Positions 19,281 to 29,317 of a stretch of DNA of 64,000 nucleotides are shown in pieces. The translations under genes were made by a program, and so were the position numbers. Origin of the DNA: an uncultured Actinomycetes bacterium (lineage in GTDB: Bacteria; Actinomycetota; Actinomycetes; Streptosporangiales; Streptosporangiaceae). A model generated the notes under the pieces. That model did no database searches, had not been told where the DNA came from, and saw only the letters and a list, made by a program, of their open reading frames with translations. Positions within the stretch are counted from its first letter, which is position 1; the number at the start of each line of letters is the position of its first letter. The stretch is taken from NCBI GenBank assembly GCA_963703605.1, contig CAVPFC010000016.1, forward strand, positions 26,122 through 90,121, written 5' to 3'.

Positions 19281-20458
19281 GCCGTCTCCCCGACAGTGCT
19301 GGCCCGGGGGGACGCCCCCCCGGAACCCCCCGAGGCGAGCTCAGCCTCCACAGCGTCGCCGATCCGGTCGCGGAGTTCCGGCACGCCGATCTTGCTTATT
19401 AGCTGGCCGAAGAACCCCCGGATCACCAGACGGCGCGCCTCCTCCAGCGGGATCCCCCGCGCCATCAGATAGAAGAGGTGGTGGTCCTCCAGCTTCCCGC
19501 TGGCGCTGGCGTGACCGGCCCCGACAACCTCCCCGGTGAGGATCTCCAGGTTCGGCACCGAGTCCGCCCGCGCCCCGTCGGTCAGCAGCAGGTTCCGGTT
19601 CCGCTCGTACGTGTCGGTCCCGGTTGCTTCCGGCCTGATCAGCACGTCCCCGATCCACACTGTGTGCGCCGCTTCCCCTTGCAGCGCCCCCTTGTACTCC
19701 ACCCGGCTCCGGCAGTTCGGCTGCGCGTGGTCAACGAAAAGCCGGTGCTCCAGATGCTGGCCGGCGTCCGCGAAATACAGCCCGAGCAGCTCCGCGTCCC
19801 CCCCCGGGCCTGCATAACGCAGCGACGGCGCGATTCTGACAACGCTCCCGCCAAGGGTCACCACGGCATGCTGCAACCGCGCATCCCTCCCCAGGGTTGC
19901 CTGGTGATACGACAGATGCACCGCGTCGTCCGCCCAGTCCTGCACCGACACCAGAGTCAGCGCTCCCCCATCACCAACCACGATCTCGACGTTGTCGGCG
20001 TAGGTAGCACTCCCCTGATGATCAAGCACGACCACCGCCCGAGCATTCTCCCCCACGCTGATGACGGTGTGCCCGAACGCCGGACCGGACGAATCATCCC
20101 CCCGCACCGAAATAACGGTCGGGACCGTCACATCCGCCTCCGGGGGAACCGTGACGATAGTCGCTTCCTCGAACGAGGCGAAAGCCGTGGCACTAACCCG
20201 GTCGCTGGGCTGAAAGGCGGCGTGGTTCCGGGCGTCATCGCGTTGCGCACGTACCGCGATGACGCCTGGTGCCGCGCTGACTTCGACAGAAACCTTCCCG
20301 GACGGCACCACATCAGCGCCATGCAATCCGCGCAGCCGCCGCAAAGGCGTAAAGCGCCACTCCTCCTCCCGCCCCGACGGGACTGGGAACTCGGACCGCA
20401 CCGCGTGCAAGCGAGAAACCGGGGCCGCGGACTCCACGGCCCCCTGTAGCGCCGACAT
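19277..20458 (-). CDS. sufD: Fe-S assembly protein SufD
   Basis: 393 aa in the SufBD beta-helix family. It sits between sufB and the Rieske gene, with 4-nt and 1-nt overlaps suggesting coupling. Confidence 0.9.
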   Translation of the reverse strand: MSALQGAVESAAPVSRLHAVRSEFPVPSGREEEWRFTPLRRLRGLHGADVVPSGKVSVEVSAAPGVIAVRAQRDDARNHAAFQPSDRVSATAFASFEEATIVTVPPEADVTVPTVISVRGDDSSGPAFGHTVISVGENARAVVVLDHQGSATYADNVEIVVGDGGALTLVSVQDWADDAVHLSYHQATLGRDARLQHAVVTLGGSVVRIAPSLRYAGPGGDAELLGLYFADAGQHLEHRLFVDHAQPNCRSRVEYKGALQGEAAHTVWIGDVLIRPEATGTDTYERNRNLLLTDGARADSVPNLEILTGEVVGAGHASASGKLEDHHLFYLMARGIPLEEARRLVIRGFFGQLISKIGVPELRDRIGDAVEAELASGGSGGASPRASTVGETA

Positions 20459-21870
20459 CAGCCGACCGCCCCCTCCATTTGCAGCTCGATCAGCCGGTTG
20501 AGCTCGAGCGCGTACTCCATCGGCAGCTCACGGGCGATCGGCTCGACGAAGCCGCGGACGATCGTGGCTGCCGCCTCGTCCTCGGTCATGCCGCGGCTCA
20601 TCAGGTAGAAGAGCTGGTCCTCGGAGATCTTGGAGACGCTGGCCTCGTGCCCCATCTCCACGTCGTCCTCGCGGACGTCCACGTAGGGGTAGGTGTCGGA
20701 CCGGCTGACGGTGTCCACCAGCAACGCGTCGCACCTGACCGTGGACTTCGAGTGCGCCGCGCCCTCCTGGACCTGGACCAGGCCGCGGTAGGACGTCCGG
20801 CCGCCTGCTCTGGCCACCGACTTGGAGATGATCTGGGACGACGTATTCGGTGCGCAGTGCACCATCTTCGCGCCCGCGTCCTGGTGCTGGCCCGCCCCGG
20901 CGAACGCCACCGACAGCGTCTCCCCCTTGGCGTGCTCGCCCATCAGGTAGACCGCCGGGTACTTCATCGTGACCTTGGAGCCGATGTTGCCGTCGATCCA
21001 CTCCATGCTCGCGCCGGCCTGCGCGACCGCGCGCTTGGTGACCAGGTTGTAGACGTTGTTCGACCAGTTCTGGATCGTGGTGTAGCGGCAGTGCGCGCCG
21101 GCCTTCACGATGATCTCGACGACCGCCGAATGCAGCGAGTCGGAGGAGTAGACCGGCGCGGTGCAGCCCTCGACATAGTGGACGCTGGCGCCCTCGTCGA
21201 CGATGATCAGGGTCCGCTCGAACTGGCCCATGTTCTCGGTGTTGATCCGGAAGTAGGCCTGCAGCGGGATCTCCACGTGCACGCCCTTCGGCACGTAGAT
21301 GAAGCTGCCGCCCGACCACACCGCGGTGTTCAGCGCGGCGAACTTGTTGTCGCCCACCGGGATCACCGAGGCGAAATACTCACCGAACAGCTCCGGGTGC
21401 TCCCGCAACGCGGTGTCAGTGTCCAGGAAGAGGACGCCCTTCTCCTCCAGGTCCTCGCGGATCTTGTGATACACCACCTCGGACTCGTACTGCGCGGCGA
21501 CGCCGGCGATGAGCCGCTGCTTTTCCGCCTCGGGGATGCCGAGCTTGTCGTAGGTGCTCTTGATGTCCGCCGGCAGGTCGTCCCAGCTCGCGGCCTGCTT
21601 CTCGGTGGAGCGGACGAAGTACTTGATGTTCTCGAAGTCGATGCCGGTCAGGTCCGCGCCCCAGTCGGGCATGGGCTTGCGCCGGAACAGCTTCAGGCCT
21701 TTCAGCCGCAGGTCCAGCATCCATTCCGGCTCGTTCTTCTTGGCCGAGATGTCGCGCACGACCTCCTCGGACAGGCCGCGGCGCGCGGACTCGCCGGCTG
21801 CGTCCGAGTCGGCCCAGCCGAACTTGTATCGATCCAGCCCCTCGAGTTCGGGGTGAGCGGTCGTCGTCAT
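20458..21870 (-). CDS. sufB: Fe-S assembly protein SufB
   Basis: Starts at [19 protein letters not shown] (ATG 21870). It is highly conserved SufB sequence ([34 protein letters not shown]...). Confidence 0.95.
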   Translation of the reverse strand: MTTTAHPELEGLDRYKFGWADSDAAGESARRGLSEEVVRDISAKKNEPEWMLDLRLKGLKLFRRKPMPDWGADLTGIDFENIKYFVRSTEKQAASWDDLPADIKSTYDKLGIPEAEKQRLIAGVAAQYESEVVYHKIREDLEEKGVLFLDTDTALREHPELFGEYFASVIPVGDNKFAALNTAVWSGGSFIYVPKGVHVEIPLQAYFRINTENMGQFERTLIIVDEGASVHYVEGCTAPVYSSDSLHSAVVEIIVKAGAHCRYTTIQNWSNNVYNLVTKRAVAQAGASMEWIDGNIGSKVTMKYPAVYLMGEHAKGETLSVAFAGAGQHQDAGAKMVHCAPNTSSQIISKSVARAGGRTSYRGLVQVQEGAAHSKSTVRCDALLVDTVSRSDTYPYVDVREDDVEMGHEASVSKISEDQLFYLMSRGMTEDEAAATIVRGFVEPIARELPMEYALELNRLIELQMEGAVG

Positions 21871-21887
21871 GCTCCAGAGCCTCCGGG

Positions 21888-22652
21888 CTAACTGGTCGGT
21901 GTGGTCGTCGTGCGGGTGTGGACAAGCGCGGGCGCGGTCACGTGCGTGGTGCAGATGCCGTCGCCGTGCGCGATCGTGGCCAGGCGCTGCACGGGGGTGC
22001 CGAGCAGCCTGGCGAACGCTTCGGTTTCCGCCTCGCACAACTGCGGGAACTCGGCCGCCACGTGCGCGACCGGGCAGTGGTGCTGGCAGAGCTGCTCTCC
22101 GCCGCCGGTACCCCGGGTGGGAGCGCTGGTCGCCGAGGCAGCGTAGCCGTCCGCCGACAGGGCGTCGGCCAGCGCCTTGACCTTGTCCTCGGGCGCGGCG
22201 GCCTCCATGACCTGCCGGTACCGGCGCTCGAGCTCGGCCACCTGCCTGCGGGCGAACTCGGCGACGGTCCCGGGACCCGCCACCTCGGCGAGGAACCGCA
22301 GTGCGCTGGTGGCCAGGTCGTCGTAGGCGTGCTCGAACGCGCTGCGGCCCGCGTCGGTGATCACGAACAGCTTGGCGGGACGGCCCCGGCCCCGGCTGGC
22401 GGGCCGGCGCGCGGTGCGGGCCTCGATCAGCCCTCCGGCCAGCAGGTTGTCCAGGTGGCGCCGGATGGCCGCCGGGGTGAGGCCGAGCCTGGTGCCCAGC
22501 GCGGCGGCGGTGACCGGCCCGTTCTCCAGGATCAGCCGGGCGATCCTGGCCCTGGTGGTGGGCTCGGAGCCAAAGCCCGGACTGGCAGCGCCGGCCGCGC
22601 CCGGGGCGCTTGCCGCCGCGGGCGTGCCGATGTCCACGCTTGTCCTGTCCAT
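21888..22652 (-). CDS. sufR: SufR, ArsR-type HTH regulator with C-terminal Cys cluster
   Basis: The winged HTH is [37 protein letters not shown]. The C-terminal cysteines lie in [21 protein letters not shown]...GICTTHV. It lies 17 nt upstream of sufB. The start is uncertain (22652, 22709 or GTG 22721). Confidence 0.8.
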   Translation of the reverse strand: MDRTSVDIGTPAAASAPGAAGAASPGFGSEPTTRARIARLILENGPVTAAALGTRLGLTPAAIRRHLDNLLAGGLIEARTARRPASRGRGRPAKLFVITDAGRSAFEHAYDDLATSALRFLAEVAGPGTVAEFARRQVAELERRYRQVMEAAAPEDKVKALADALSADGYAASATSAPTRGTGGGEQLCQHHCPVAHVAAEFPQLCEAETEAFARLLGTPVQRLATIAHGDGICTTHVTAPALVHTRTTTTPTS

Positions 22653-22743
22653 GCTTTTCACAACATCAGTGTGGCGTAATTCATGCCCGGCTGCAACGCG
22701 GTCGCCCATGGAGTAGCTCACACTTCGGGCGCTTACGGCTGCG

Positions 22744-22783
22744 ATGTTCGGCCCCCGGAAGGTATGTTCGGCCCCCGGAAGGC
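22744..22783. repeat. perfect tandem duplication of ATGTTCGGCCCCCGGAAGG (20-bp period)
   Basis: Read directly: 22744-22762 equals 22764-22782, followed by the first two bases of a third unit. It lies in the divergent intergenic region between sufR and the DUF4190 gene. Confidence 0.95.
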
Positions 22784-22822
22784 ATTACGCACCGTTTCCC
22801 GCCGCAACCGAGGGGAGGCCAT

Positions 22823-23872
22823 GTGGGGCTCCGGTTCAATCCGCCGCCTAACTGGCCACCCCCGCCGCGGGGTTTCGTGCCGCCGCCGCGCTGGCAGCCG
22901 GACCCGGACTGGCCGCCGCCACCGCCGGGCTGGCAGCTATGGGTGCCGGACGACACCGCCCCCGAGCGGCCGGGCGGGTTTCCGCGCCGGCCGCCGGAGT
23001 TCGCCGCCGGGCCGGCCCGGCCGGTCCCCGGCGTCACGGCGCCGGCCTGGCCGGACGACCTCCCGGCCGACACCGGGGACTTCCCCACAAGGAACCTCCG
23101 CGCCCGCGGGTTCCCGGCTGAGCCCGGCGGGTTTCCCCCCGCCGAGTTCGGCGACGGGCCGCGGCACCCGCTGGATCAGCCCGACGGCCCGACCAACGGG
23201 TTCGCGGTCGCCTCGTTCGTGCTCGGCCTGCTCGGCTTCGGCATCCTGCTGAGCTACATCTTCGGCGTCGTCGCGCTGCGGCAGATCCGCGAGCGTCAGC
23301 AGCGCGGCAGGGGCCTGGCGATCGCCGGGCTGGCCCTGTCCGGCCTGTGGACCCTGCTGCTGGCAGGCTTCTTCGTGCTGAACGGCATCAGCCGGCCGCC
23401 CCAGCGCCCGGTCGCGGACACCCCGCCCTCCTCGTCCTCCGCACCGGCCGCGAGCCCCGGCAGCACCGCCAGCGGCGCCGGCGGCGCCACCGGCCCCGGC
23501 AGCGGCCCGGGGACCACGAACGTCTTCGCCCTGCACACCGGCGAATGCTTCCAGAACCCGCCGACGAACCAGACGATCCTGGGCATCACCTACGTCACCG
23601 TGACGCCGTGCACCAAGGCGCACAACGCCCAGGTCTTCGTGGAGTTCAACGTGACCGGCACCGCCTACCCCGGCAACGCCGCCCTCAAGCGCGAGGCCGA
23701 TCTTGGCTGCCACCAGCGGGTCGCGCGGAACCTGGCCAAATCGAAGCTCACCAGCACGATGACGCTCCGGTACCTGTACCCCCTGCCGTCCGCGTGGGCC
23801 GGCGGCCACCGGGGCATCACCTGCCTGATCGTCGACGCCAAGCCGGACCTCAAGTCCTCCCTGGTGCGCTGA
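22823..23872 (+). CDS. Pro-rich / DUF4190 membrane / septum-formation-domain protein
   Basis: GTG 22823 follows GAGGGGAGG. The N-terminus is proline-rich (FNPPPNWPPPPRGFVPPPRWQPDPDWPPPPPGW). Two TM helices follow (NGFAVASFVLGLLGFGILLSY..., LAIAGLALSGLWTLLLAGFFVL). The C-terminal domain has four Cys (GECF...VTPCTKAHNAQVF...LGCHQ...ITCLI). Confidence 0.65.
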   Translation: MGLRFNPPPNWPPPPRGFVPPPRWQPDPDWPPPPPGWQLWVPDDTAPERPGGFPRRPPEFAAGPARPVPGVTAPAWPDDLPADTGDFPTRNLRARGFPAEPGGFPPAEFGDGPRHPLDQPDGPTNGFAVASFVLGLLGFGILLSYIFGVVALRQIRERQQRGRGLAIAGLALSGLWTLLLAGFFVLNGISRPPQRPVADTPPSSSSAPAASPGSTASGAGGATGPGSGPGTTNVFALHTGECFQNPPTNQTILGITYVTVTPCTKAHNAQVFVEFNVTGTAYPGNAALKREADLGCHQRVARNLAKSKLTSTMTLRYLYPLPSAWAGGHRGITCLIVDAKPDLKSSLVR

Positions 23873-23898
23873 GCGGGGCCACGCCCAGGAAGCGGGGA

Positions 23899-24615
23899 CT
23901 AGCCCAGGAAGCCGCGGAGCAGGGCGGCGGTGCCGTCGAGGTGTTCGGCCACCGCCCAGCGGGCCCGTTCCGCGTCACCGGCCAGGATCGCCTCGGCGAT
24001 CGCGGTGTGCTGCCGGACCGTGTGCGTGATGTTGTGCTCGAGCACCGGGATGGCGTTGAGCAGGTCGTTCAGCCGCATCCTCGCGTCGGTGCAGGCGGCG
24101 GTGAGCAGGCTGGACCTGGTGAGCTCCGCGATCGACAGGTGGAACAGGGTGTCCAGCCGCCGGTAGTCGCCGGGGGTGGCGTTGTTGAGGTCGTGCAGGC
24201 GGGACAGCAGCATGTCCCGGCCGTGGTCGCCGCCTGAGCCGGCCAGTATCTCCGCCGCGCCGGTCTCCACCACGAGCCGGAACGTCAGCGCGTCGGTGAG
24301 CTTGTCACCGTCCTCCAGCGCGATCCGGCGGGCCTCCCTCGGGTCCGGGGCGGGCCGGGTGTAGGTCACGAAGGTGCCGCCGAACCGGCCGCGCCGCGAC
24401 TCCACGTAACCCCACTGTTGCAGCGCCCTGATCGCCTCGCGCAGGGTCAGCCTGCTCACGCCCAGCATCCCGGCCAGTTCGCGCTCCGGCGGGAACCGGT
24501 TCCCCGGGGCCACCAGGCCGAGTTTGATGACCGCGAGCAGGCGCTCCACGGTCTCCTCGAAGGCGTTGCCCGCCCGCACCGGGCCCAGCAGGCCGGCCAG
24601 GTCAGCTTCGCTCAA
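23899..24615 (-). CDS. GntR/FadR-family transcriptional regulator (FCD domain)
   Basis: 238 aa. The winged HTH is PPERELAGMLGVSRLTLREAIRALQQWGYVESRRGRFGGTFV, followed by a helical FCD-type C-terminal domain. It is divergent from the amine-catabolic operon. Confidence 0.9.
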   Translation of the reverse strand: MSEADLAGLLGPVRAGNAFEETVERLLAVIKLGLVAPGNRFPPERELAGMLGVSRLTLREAIRALQQWGYVESRRGRFGGTFVTYTRPAPDPREARRIALEDGDKLTDALTFRLVVETGAAEILAGSGGDHGRDMLLSRLHDLNNATPGDYRRLDTLFHLSIAELTRSSLLTAACTDARMRLNDLLNAIPVLEHNITHTVRQHTAIAEAILAGDAERARWAVAEHLDGTAALLRGFLG

Positions 24616-24708
24616 TTTATCTGGCCTCCCTCGCGGGCGCTGCGCTGGCTTCGGAAGGCTGTCCTCGGCACTGGGGCCCGCCGACTGCGGCTAATTCCGC
24701 GGCAGGTC

Positions 24709-24757
24709 TTGACATGACCGGGAGTCTAATCCTCAATGGTCAGATACTAAACCATTG
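24709..24757 (+). promoter_or_regulatory. candidate promoter (-35 TTGACA at 24709-24714) and GntR-type operator CAATGGT-N10-ACCATTG (24734-24757)
   Basis: Read directly. The 7-bp inverted repeat contains the GT-N-AC core typical of GntR-family operators. It lies between the GntR gene and the permease gene. Confidence 0.45.
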
Positions 24758-24869
24758 GGACAGAGCTGCCAGGTGAAGCGCTATGGCGCCGGCCCGGCAT
24801 CACGGCCCAGCGGCGGGCACGCCGCGTTACTTCCGAGGAGATCCCGTGGCAGTCAATGAACGCGCGGCG

Positions 24870-26363
24870 ATGACCGAAGACGAGCAACGCCTGCATGAGA
24901 TGGGCTACGCCCAGGAACTGCGCCGGCGCATGTCCGGATTCTCCAACTTCGCCGTCTCCTTCACGATCATCTCGATCCTCTCCGGGTGCCTCACCCTGTA
25001 CGGGTACGGCATGAACGTAGGCGGCCCGGTGGTCATGACCTGGGGCTGGCCCTTCGTTGGCGTCATGACGCTATTCGTCGGCCTGGCGATGGCCGAGGTG
25101 TGCTCCAGCTTCCCCACGGCCGGCGGGCTGTACTACTGGTCGGCGAAACTCGCACCGAAGAACGGGCCCGCGTGGTCCTGGTTCACCGGCTGGTTCAACT
25201 TCCTCGGCCAGGTCGCGGTGACCGCGGGCATCGACTTCGGCGCCGCGTTCTTCATCAACGCGTTCCTCAACCTGGCCTTCGGAACCCCTACCTACCACTG
25301 GGTCACGATCCTGATCTTCGCTGCGGTGCTGCTGGTGCACGGCATCATGAACCAGTTCGGCATCAGGCTGGTGGCGCTGCTGAACGACGTCAGCGTCTGG
25401 TGGCACATCTTCGGCGTGCTGATCATCGTCGGCGTGCTCATCTTCGTCCCGTCGCACCACCAGCCGGCCCACTTCGTCTTCACGGGCATCGTCAACAACA
25501 CGGGCTGGCACAGCACGTTCTATGTACTGCTGCTCGGCCTGCTGCTCGCCCAGTACACATTCACCGGCTACGACGCCTCCGCGCACATGACCGAAGAAAC
25601 CCACACGGCGGCGCGCAGCGGCCCCCGCGGCATCGTCATGTCGATCGTGGTGTCGCTGTTCGCCGGCTGGGTCCTGCTGATCGGCCTCACGTTCGCCATC
25701 CAGCACTACGCGACTTCGGCACTCGCGGTCGTGCCGCCAGCCCAGATCTTCATCGACGCGATCGGGGGCACGGGCGCGAAGCTGCTGCTGCTCATCGTCA
25801 TCGGTGCGCAGCTGTTTTGCGGCATGTCCTCGGTCACCGCGAACTCGCGCATGATCTACGCGTTCTCCCGCGACGGTGCGCTGCCGGCCTCGGCGTTCTG
25901 GCACCGGGTGAACAAGCGGACCAGGACGCCCACCAACGCGATCTGGCTCGCGGCGGCCGGGGCGCTGATACTCGGGCTGCCCTACCTGTGGAACAGTGCC
26001 GCCTACGCCGCGGTCACGTCCATCGCGGTGATCGGGCTATATATCGCTTACGTGATGCCCACTTTCCTGCGCCTGCGCCAGGGCGAGAACTTCCAGCGGG
26101 GCCCCTGGCACCTCGGCCGGTGGAGCTACGTGGTCGGCTGGATCGCGGTGGCCTGGGTGGTGATCATCAGCATTCTGTTCATCCTGCCTGTCTACAGCCC
26201 GATCACCCGGTCGAACTTCAACTACACGATCGTGGCGGTGGCCGTCGTGCTCGGCTTCGCCGGGATCTACTGGCTGGTCTCGGCCCGCAACTGGTTCAGG
26301 GGGCCGAAGGTCCAAGGTACGCCGGAGGAGCTTGCCGCCATCGAGCAGGAACTAGCCACCTAA
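24870..26363 (+). CDS. APC-superfamily amino acid/amine permease
   Basis: Starts at MTEDEQRLHEMGYAQELRRRMSGFSNFAVSFTIISILSG. About 12 hydrophobic segments and the typical APC N-terminal motif. Confidence 0.9.
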   Translation: MTEDEQRLHEMGYAQELRRRMSGFSNFAVSFTIISILSGCLTLYGYGMNVGGPVVMTWGWPFVGVMTLFVGLAMAEVCSSFPTAGGLYYWSAKLAPKNGPAWSWFTGWFNFLGQVAVTAGIDFGAAFFINAFLNLAFGTPTYHWVTILIFAAVLLVHGIMNQFGIRLVALLNDVSVWWHIFGVLIIVGVLIFVPSHHQPAHFVFTGIVNNTGWHSTFYVLLLGLLLAQYTFTGYDASAHMTEETHTAARSGPRGIVMSIVVSLFAGWVLLIGLTFAIQHYATSALAVVPPAQIFIDAIGGTGAKLLLLIVIGAQLFCGMSSVTANSRMIYAFSRDGALPASAFWHRVNKRTRTPTNAIWLAAAGALILGLPYLWNSAAYAAVTSIAVIGLYIAYVMPTFLRLRQGENFQRGPWHLGRWSYVVGWIAVAWVVIISILFILPVYSPITRSNFNYTIVAVAVVLGFAGIYWLVSARNWFRGPKVQGTPEELAAIEQELAT

Positions 26364-26414
26364 ACAGGTACCTGGCCGGCCGGAGGGGAGCCGGTCGGCC
26401 AGGAACCATCCGTA

Positions 26415-27824
26415 ATGCCCGACGAAGGGAACAGCGGCACAGTGCCCGAATCTGGCAAGACCGCGAGCCGCCCAGGAATGCTCACGCTGGACCAGCTGCG
26501 CGCGCAGGTCGGCGCGGGCACGCTCGACACGGTCGTGCTCGCGTTCACCGACATGCAGGGGCGTTTGCAAGGCAAGCGGGTGTCGGCCGAGTTCTTCCTC
26601 GACGAGGTGGCCGAGCACCACGCGGAGGGCTGCAACTACCTGCTCGCCGTCGACGTCGAGATGAACACGGTCGACGGCTTCGCGATGTCGTCCTGGGAAC
26701 GCGGGTACGGGGACTTCGTCCTGGTCCCCGACCTCGGCACGCTGCGCCACCTGCCGTGGCACGAGGGCAGCGCGCTGCTCCTGGCCGACCTGGCCTGGTC
26801 CGACGGCAGCCCGGTGGTCGCCTCGCCCCGGCAGGTGCTCAAGGCCCAGACCGCCCGGCTGGCCGCCCGCGGCTGGACCGCCTTCGCCGGCACCGAGCTG
26901 GAGTTCTGCGTGTACCGGGACTCCTATGAGGACGCACAGGCCCGCGCCTACCGGGACCTCACCCCGGTGAACCTCTACAACGTGGACTACTCGATCCTGG
27001 GCACCGGGCGCGTCGAGCCGCTGATGCGCCGGATCCGCCTGGGCATGACCGGCGCCGGGCTGTACGTCGAGTCGTCCAAGGGCGAGTGCAACCTCGGCCA
27101 GCACGAGATCGCGTTCCGCTACGCCGACGCCGTGACCACCTGCGACAACCACTCGATCTACAAGACCGGGGCCAAGGAGATCGCGGCGCAGGACGGCATG
27201 AGCCTCACGTTCATGGCCAAGCCGAACGCCCGCGAGGGCAACTCGTGCCACATCCACCTGTCGCTGCGCGACGAGGCGGGCAGCCCGGTGCTGGCCGGGG
27301 ACCGCCCGTTCGGCCTGTCCCCCGCCGGCGAGCACTTCCTGGCCGGGCAGCTCGCCGGGCTGCGCGAGCTCATCTTGTTCCACGCCCCGAACGTCAACTC
27401 CTACAAGCGCTACGTGCCGGGCAGCTTCGCCCCCACCGCGGTGCGCTGGGGCGTGGACAACAGGACCTGCGCCTACCGCCTGGTCGGGCACGGGCACTCG
27501 CTGCGCCCGGAGAACCGGGTGCCCGGCGGCGACGTCAACCCCTACCTGGCGATCGCCGCCATGATCGCCGCGGGCCTGGACGGGATCGAGCGGGAGCTGC
27601 CGCTGGAGCCGGGGATGGACGGCAACGCCTACTCGGGCCCCGGCCCGCGGGTGCCGTCCACGCTGCGCGACGCGCTGGACGCCTGGGAGAACAGCGAGCT
27701 TGCCCGCAAGGCGTTCGGCACCGACGTCGTCGAGCATTACGCCAACGGCGCGAAGGTGGAGCTGGCCGCGTTCGACGCCGCGGTCACCGACTGGGAGCTG
27801 CTGCGCAGCTTCGAGCGGATGTAA
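26415..27824 (+). CDS. glutamine synthetase-like gamma-glutamyl-amine synthetase (GlnA2/3/4 / PuuA type)
   Basis: 469 aa with GS catalytic-domain blocks (GTELEFCVY, KGECNLGQHEI, NSCHIHLSL, NSYKRYVPGSFAP, NRTCAYR). Its operon partners are an ALDH, an SDR and a PuuD-like hydrolase. Confidence 0.85.
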   Translation: MPDEGNSGTVPESGKTASRPGMLTLDQLRAQVGAGTLDTVVLAFTDMQGRLQGKRVSAEFFLDEVAEHHAEGCNYLLAVDVEMNTVDGFAMSSWERGYGDFVLVPDLGTLRHLPWHEGSALLLADLAWSDGSPVVASPRQVLKAQTARLAARGWTAFAGTELEFCVYRDSYEDAQARAYRDLTPVNLYNVDYSILGTGRVEPLMRRIRLGMTGAGLYVESSKGECNLGQHEIAFRYADAVTTCDNHSIYKTGAKEIAAQDGMSLTFMAKPNAREGNSCHIHLSLRDEAGSPVLAGDRPFGLSPAGEHFLAGQLAGLRELILFHAPNVNSYKRYVPGSFAPTAVRWGVDNRTCAYRLVGHGHSLRPENRVPGGDVNPYLAIAAMIAAGLDGIERELPLEPGMDGNAYSGPGPRVPSTLRDALDAWENSELARKAFGTDVVEHYANGAKVELAAFDAAVTDWELLRSFERM

Positions 27825-27849
27825 CCCAACCAGGAGGCAGCGAGCGACG

Positions 27850-29214
27850 ATGCCCGCATTCACCGTGCTGAACCCCGCCACCGAACAACCGGTCGCCGAG
27901 ATCGAGCCGACCTCGGCCGAGGCGGCGGACGCCGCGATAGCGCGCGCGGTGGGCGCGCAGGCGGCCTGGCGGAACGTGGCCCCCGGCGAGCGCGCGGCGC
28001 TGCTCCGCTCGTTCGCCGACGTGGTCGACGCGCACCTCGAGGAGCTGGCCGCGCTGGAGGTGGCCGGCTCGGGGCACCCGGCCGGGCAGGCCCGCTGGGA
28101 GGCCGGCAACATCCGCGACGTGCTGCGCTACTACTCCGCCGCGCCGGAGCGGCTGTGCGGCAAGCAGATCCCGGTGCCCGGCGGCCTGGACGTCACGTTC
28201 CACGAGCCCGTCGGCGTGGTCGGCCTGATCGTGCCGTGGAACTTCCCCATGCCGATCCTGGGCTGGGGCCTGGCGCCCGCGCTGGCCGCGGGCAACCCCG
28301 TGATCGCCAAGCCGGCCGAGCGGACGCCGCTGACCGCGATCAGGATCGCCGAGCTCGCCCTGGCGGCAGGGCTGCCCGAGGGCGTGTTCCAGGTACTGCC
28401 CGGCAAGGGTTCGGTGGTGGGCCAGCGCCTGGTCGACCACCCGGACGTGCGCAAGATCGTCTTCACCGGCTCCACCGAGGTGGGCCGGCAGATCATGGCC
28501 GGCTGCGCCCGGCAGGTGAAGCGGCTCACGATGGAGCTGGGCGGCAAGAGCGCCAACATCGTGTTCGCCGACTGCGACCTGGAACGGGCCGCGGCCACCG
28601 CCCCGGTCGCCGCGTTCGACAACGCCGGCCAGGACTGCTGCGCCCGGTCCCGGATCCTGGTCCAGCGCAGCGTCTACGACCGGTTCCTCGAGCTGTTCGA
28701 GCCCGCGGTCAAGGCGGTCGCGGTCGGCGACCCGGCCAGCCCGGGCACCGAGATGGGGCCGCTGATCTCGGCCGAGCACCGGGCCCGGGTGGCCTCCTAC
28801 GTGCCGGACGGCGCACCGGTGGCGTTCCGGGGCAGCGCGCCGCAGGGCGCCGGGTACTGGTACCCGCCCACCGTGCTGGCCCCGGTGCGGATGGACGATC
28901 CGGCCTACACCGAGGAGGTGTTCGGCCCGGTGGTCGCCGTGGTCCCGTTCGACGACGAGGCGGACGCGGTGGCGCTGGCCAACGACACGCCGTACGGGCT
29001 GTCCGGCTCGCTGTGGACCCGGGACGTGGGCCGGGCGATCCGGGTGTCGCGGGCGATCGAGACCGGCGCGCTGTCGGTCAACTCGCATTCCTCGGTCCGG
29101 TACTGGACGCCGTTCGGCGGGTTCAAGCAGTCCGGGCTCGGGCGCGAGCTGGGCCCGGACGCCCTGGACGCCTTTACCGAGACCAAGAACGTCTTCATCG
29201 CCACCGACCCGTGA
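27850..29214 (+). CDS. NAD(P)-dependent aldehyde dehydrogenase
   Basis: Starts at MPAFTVLNPATEQPVAEI. Contains VPWNFP, the ELGGKSANIVF glutamate motif and a catalytic Cys region (NAGQDCCARSR). Confidence 0.9.
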   Translation: MPAFTVLNPATEQPVAEIEPTSAEAADAAIARAVGAQAAWRNVAPGERAALLRSFADVVDAHLEELAALEVAGSGHPAGQARWEAGNIRDVLRYYSAAPERLCGKQIPVPGGLDVTFHEPVGVVGLIVPWNFPMPILGWGLAPALAAGNPVIAKPAERTPLTAIRIAELALAAGLPEGVFQVLPGKGSVVGQRLVDHPDVRKIVFTGSTEVGRQIMAGCARQVKRLTMELGGKSANIVFADCDLERAAATAPVAAFDNAGQDCCARSRILVQRSVYDRFLELFEPAVKAVAVGDPASPGTEMGPLISAEHRARVASYVPDGAPVAFRGSAPQGAGYWYPPTVLAPVRMDDPAYTEEVFGPVVAVVPFDDEADAVALANDTPYGLSGSLWTRDVGRAIRVSRAIETGALSVNSHSSVRYWTPFGGFKQSGLGRELGPDALDAFTETKNVFIATDP

Positions 29215-29317
29215 CGGTGCTTTACGCCAATCCCGTGGCAGCCAGCCACCGAGGAGCAGCCGGTTTCCGCCGCAACCTGACGGCCTGGCGGCCGCCGAAC
29301 ACCGAAGGAGCGCCCTT

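Noticed and set aside
22661-22674. CAAC-N6-GTGG just upstream of sufR, as a possible SufR operator (the recalled consensus is CAAC-N6-GTTG).
   Set aside because: Only one half-site matches fully. It also lies between alternative sufR start codons, so it might be coding. This is too weak to call without comparative or binding data.
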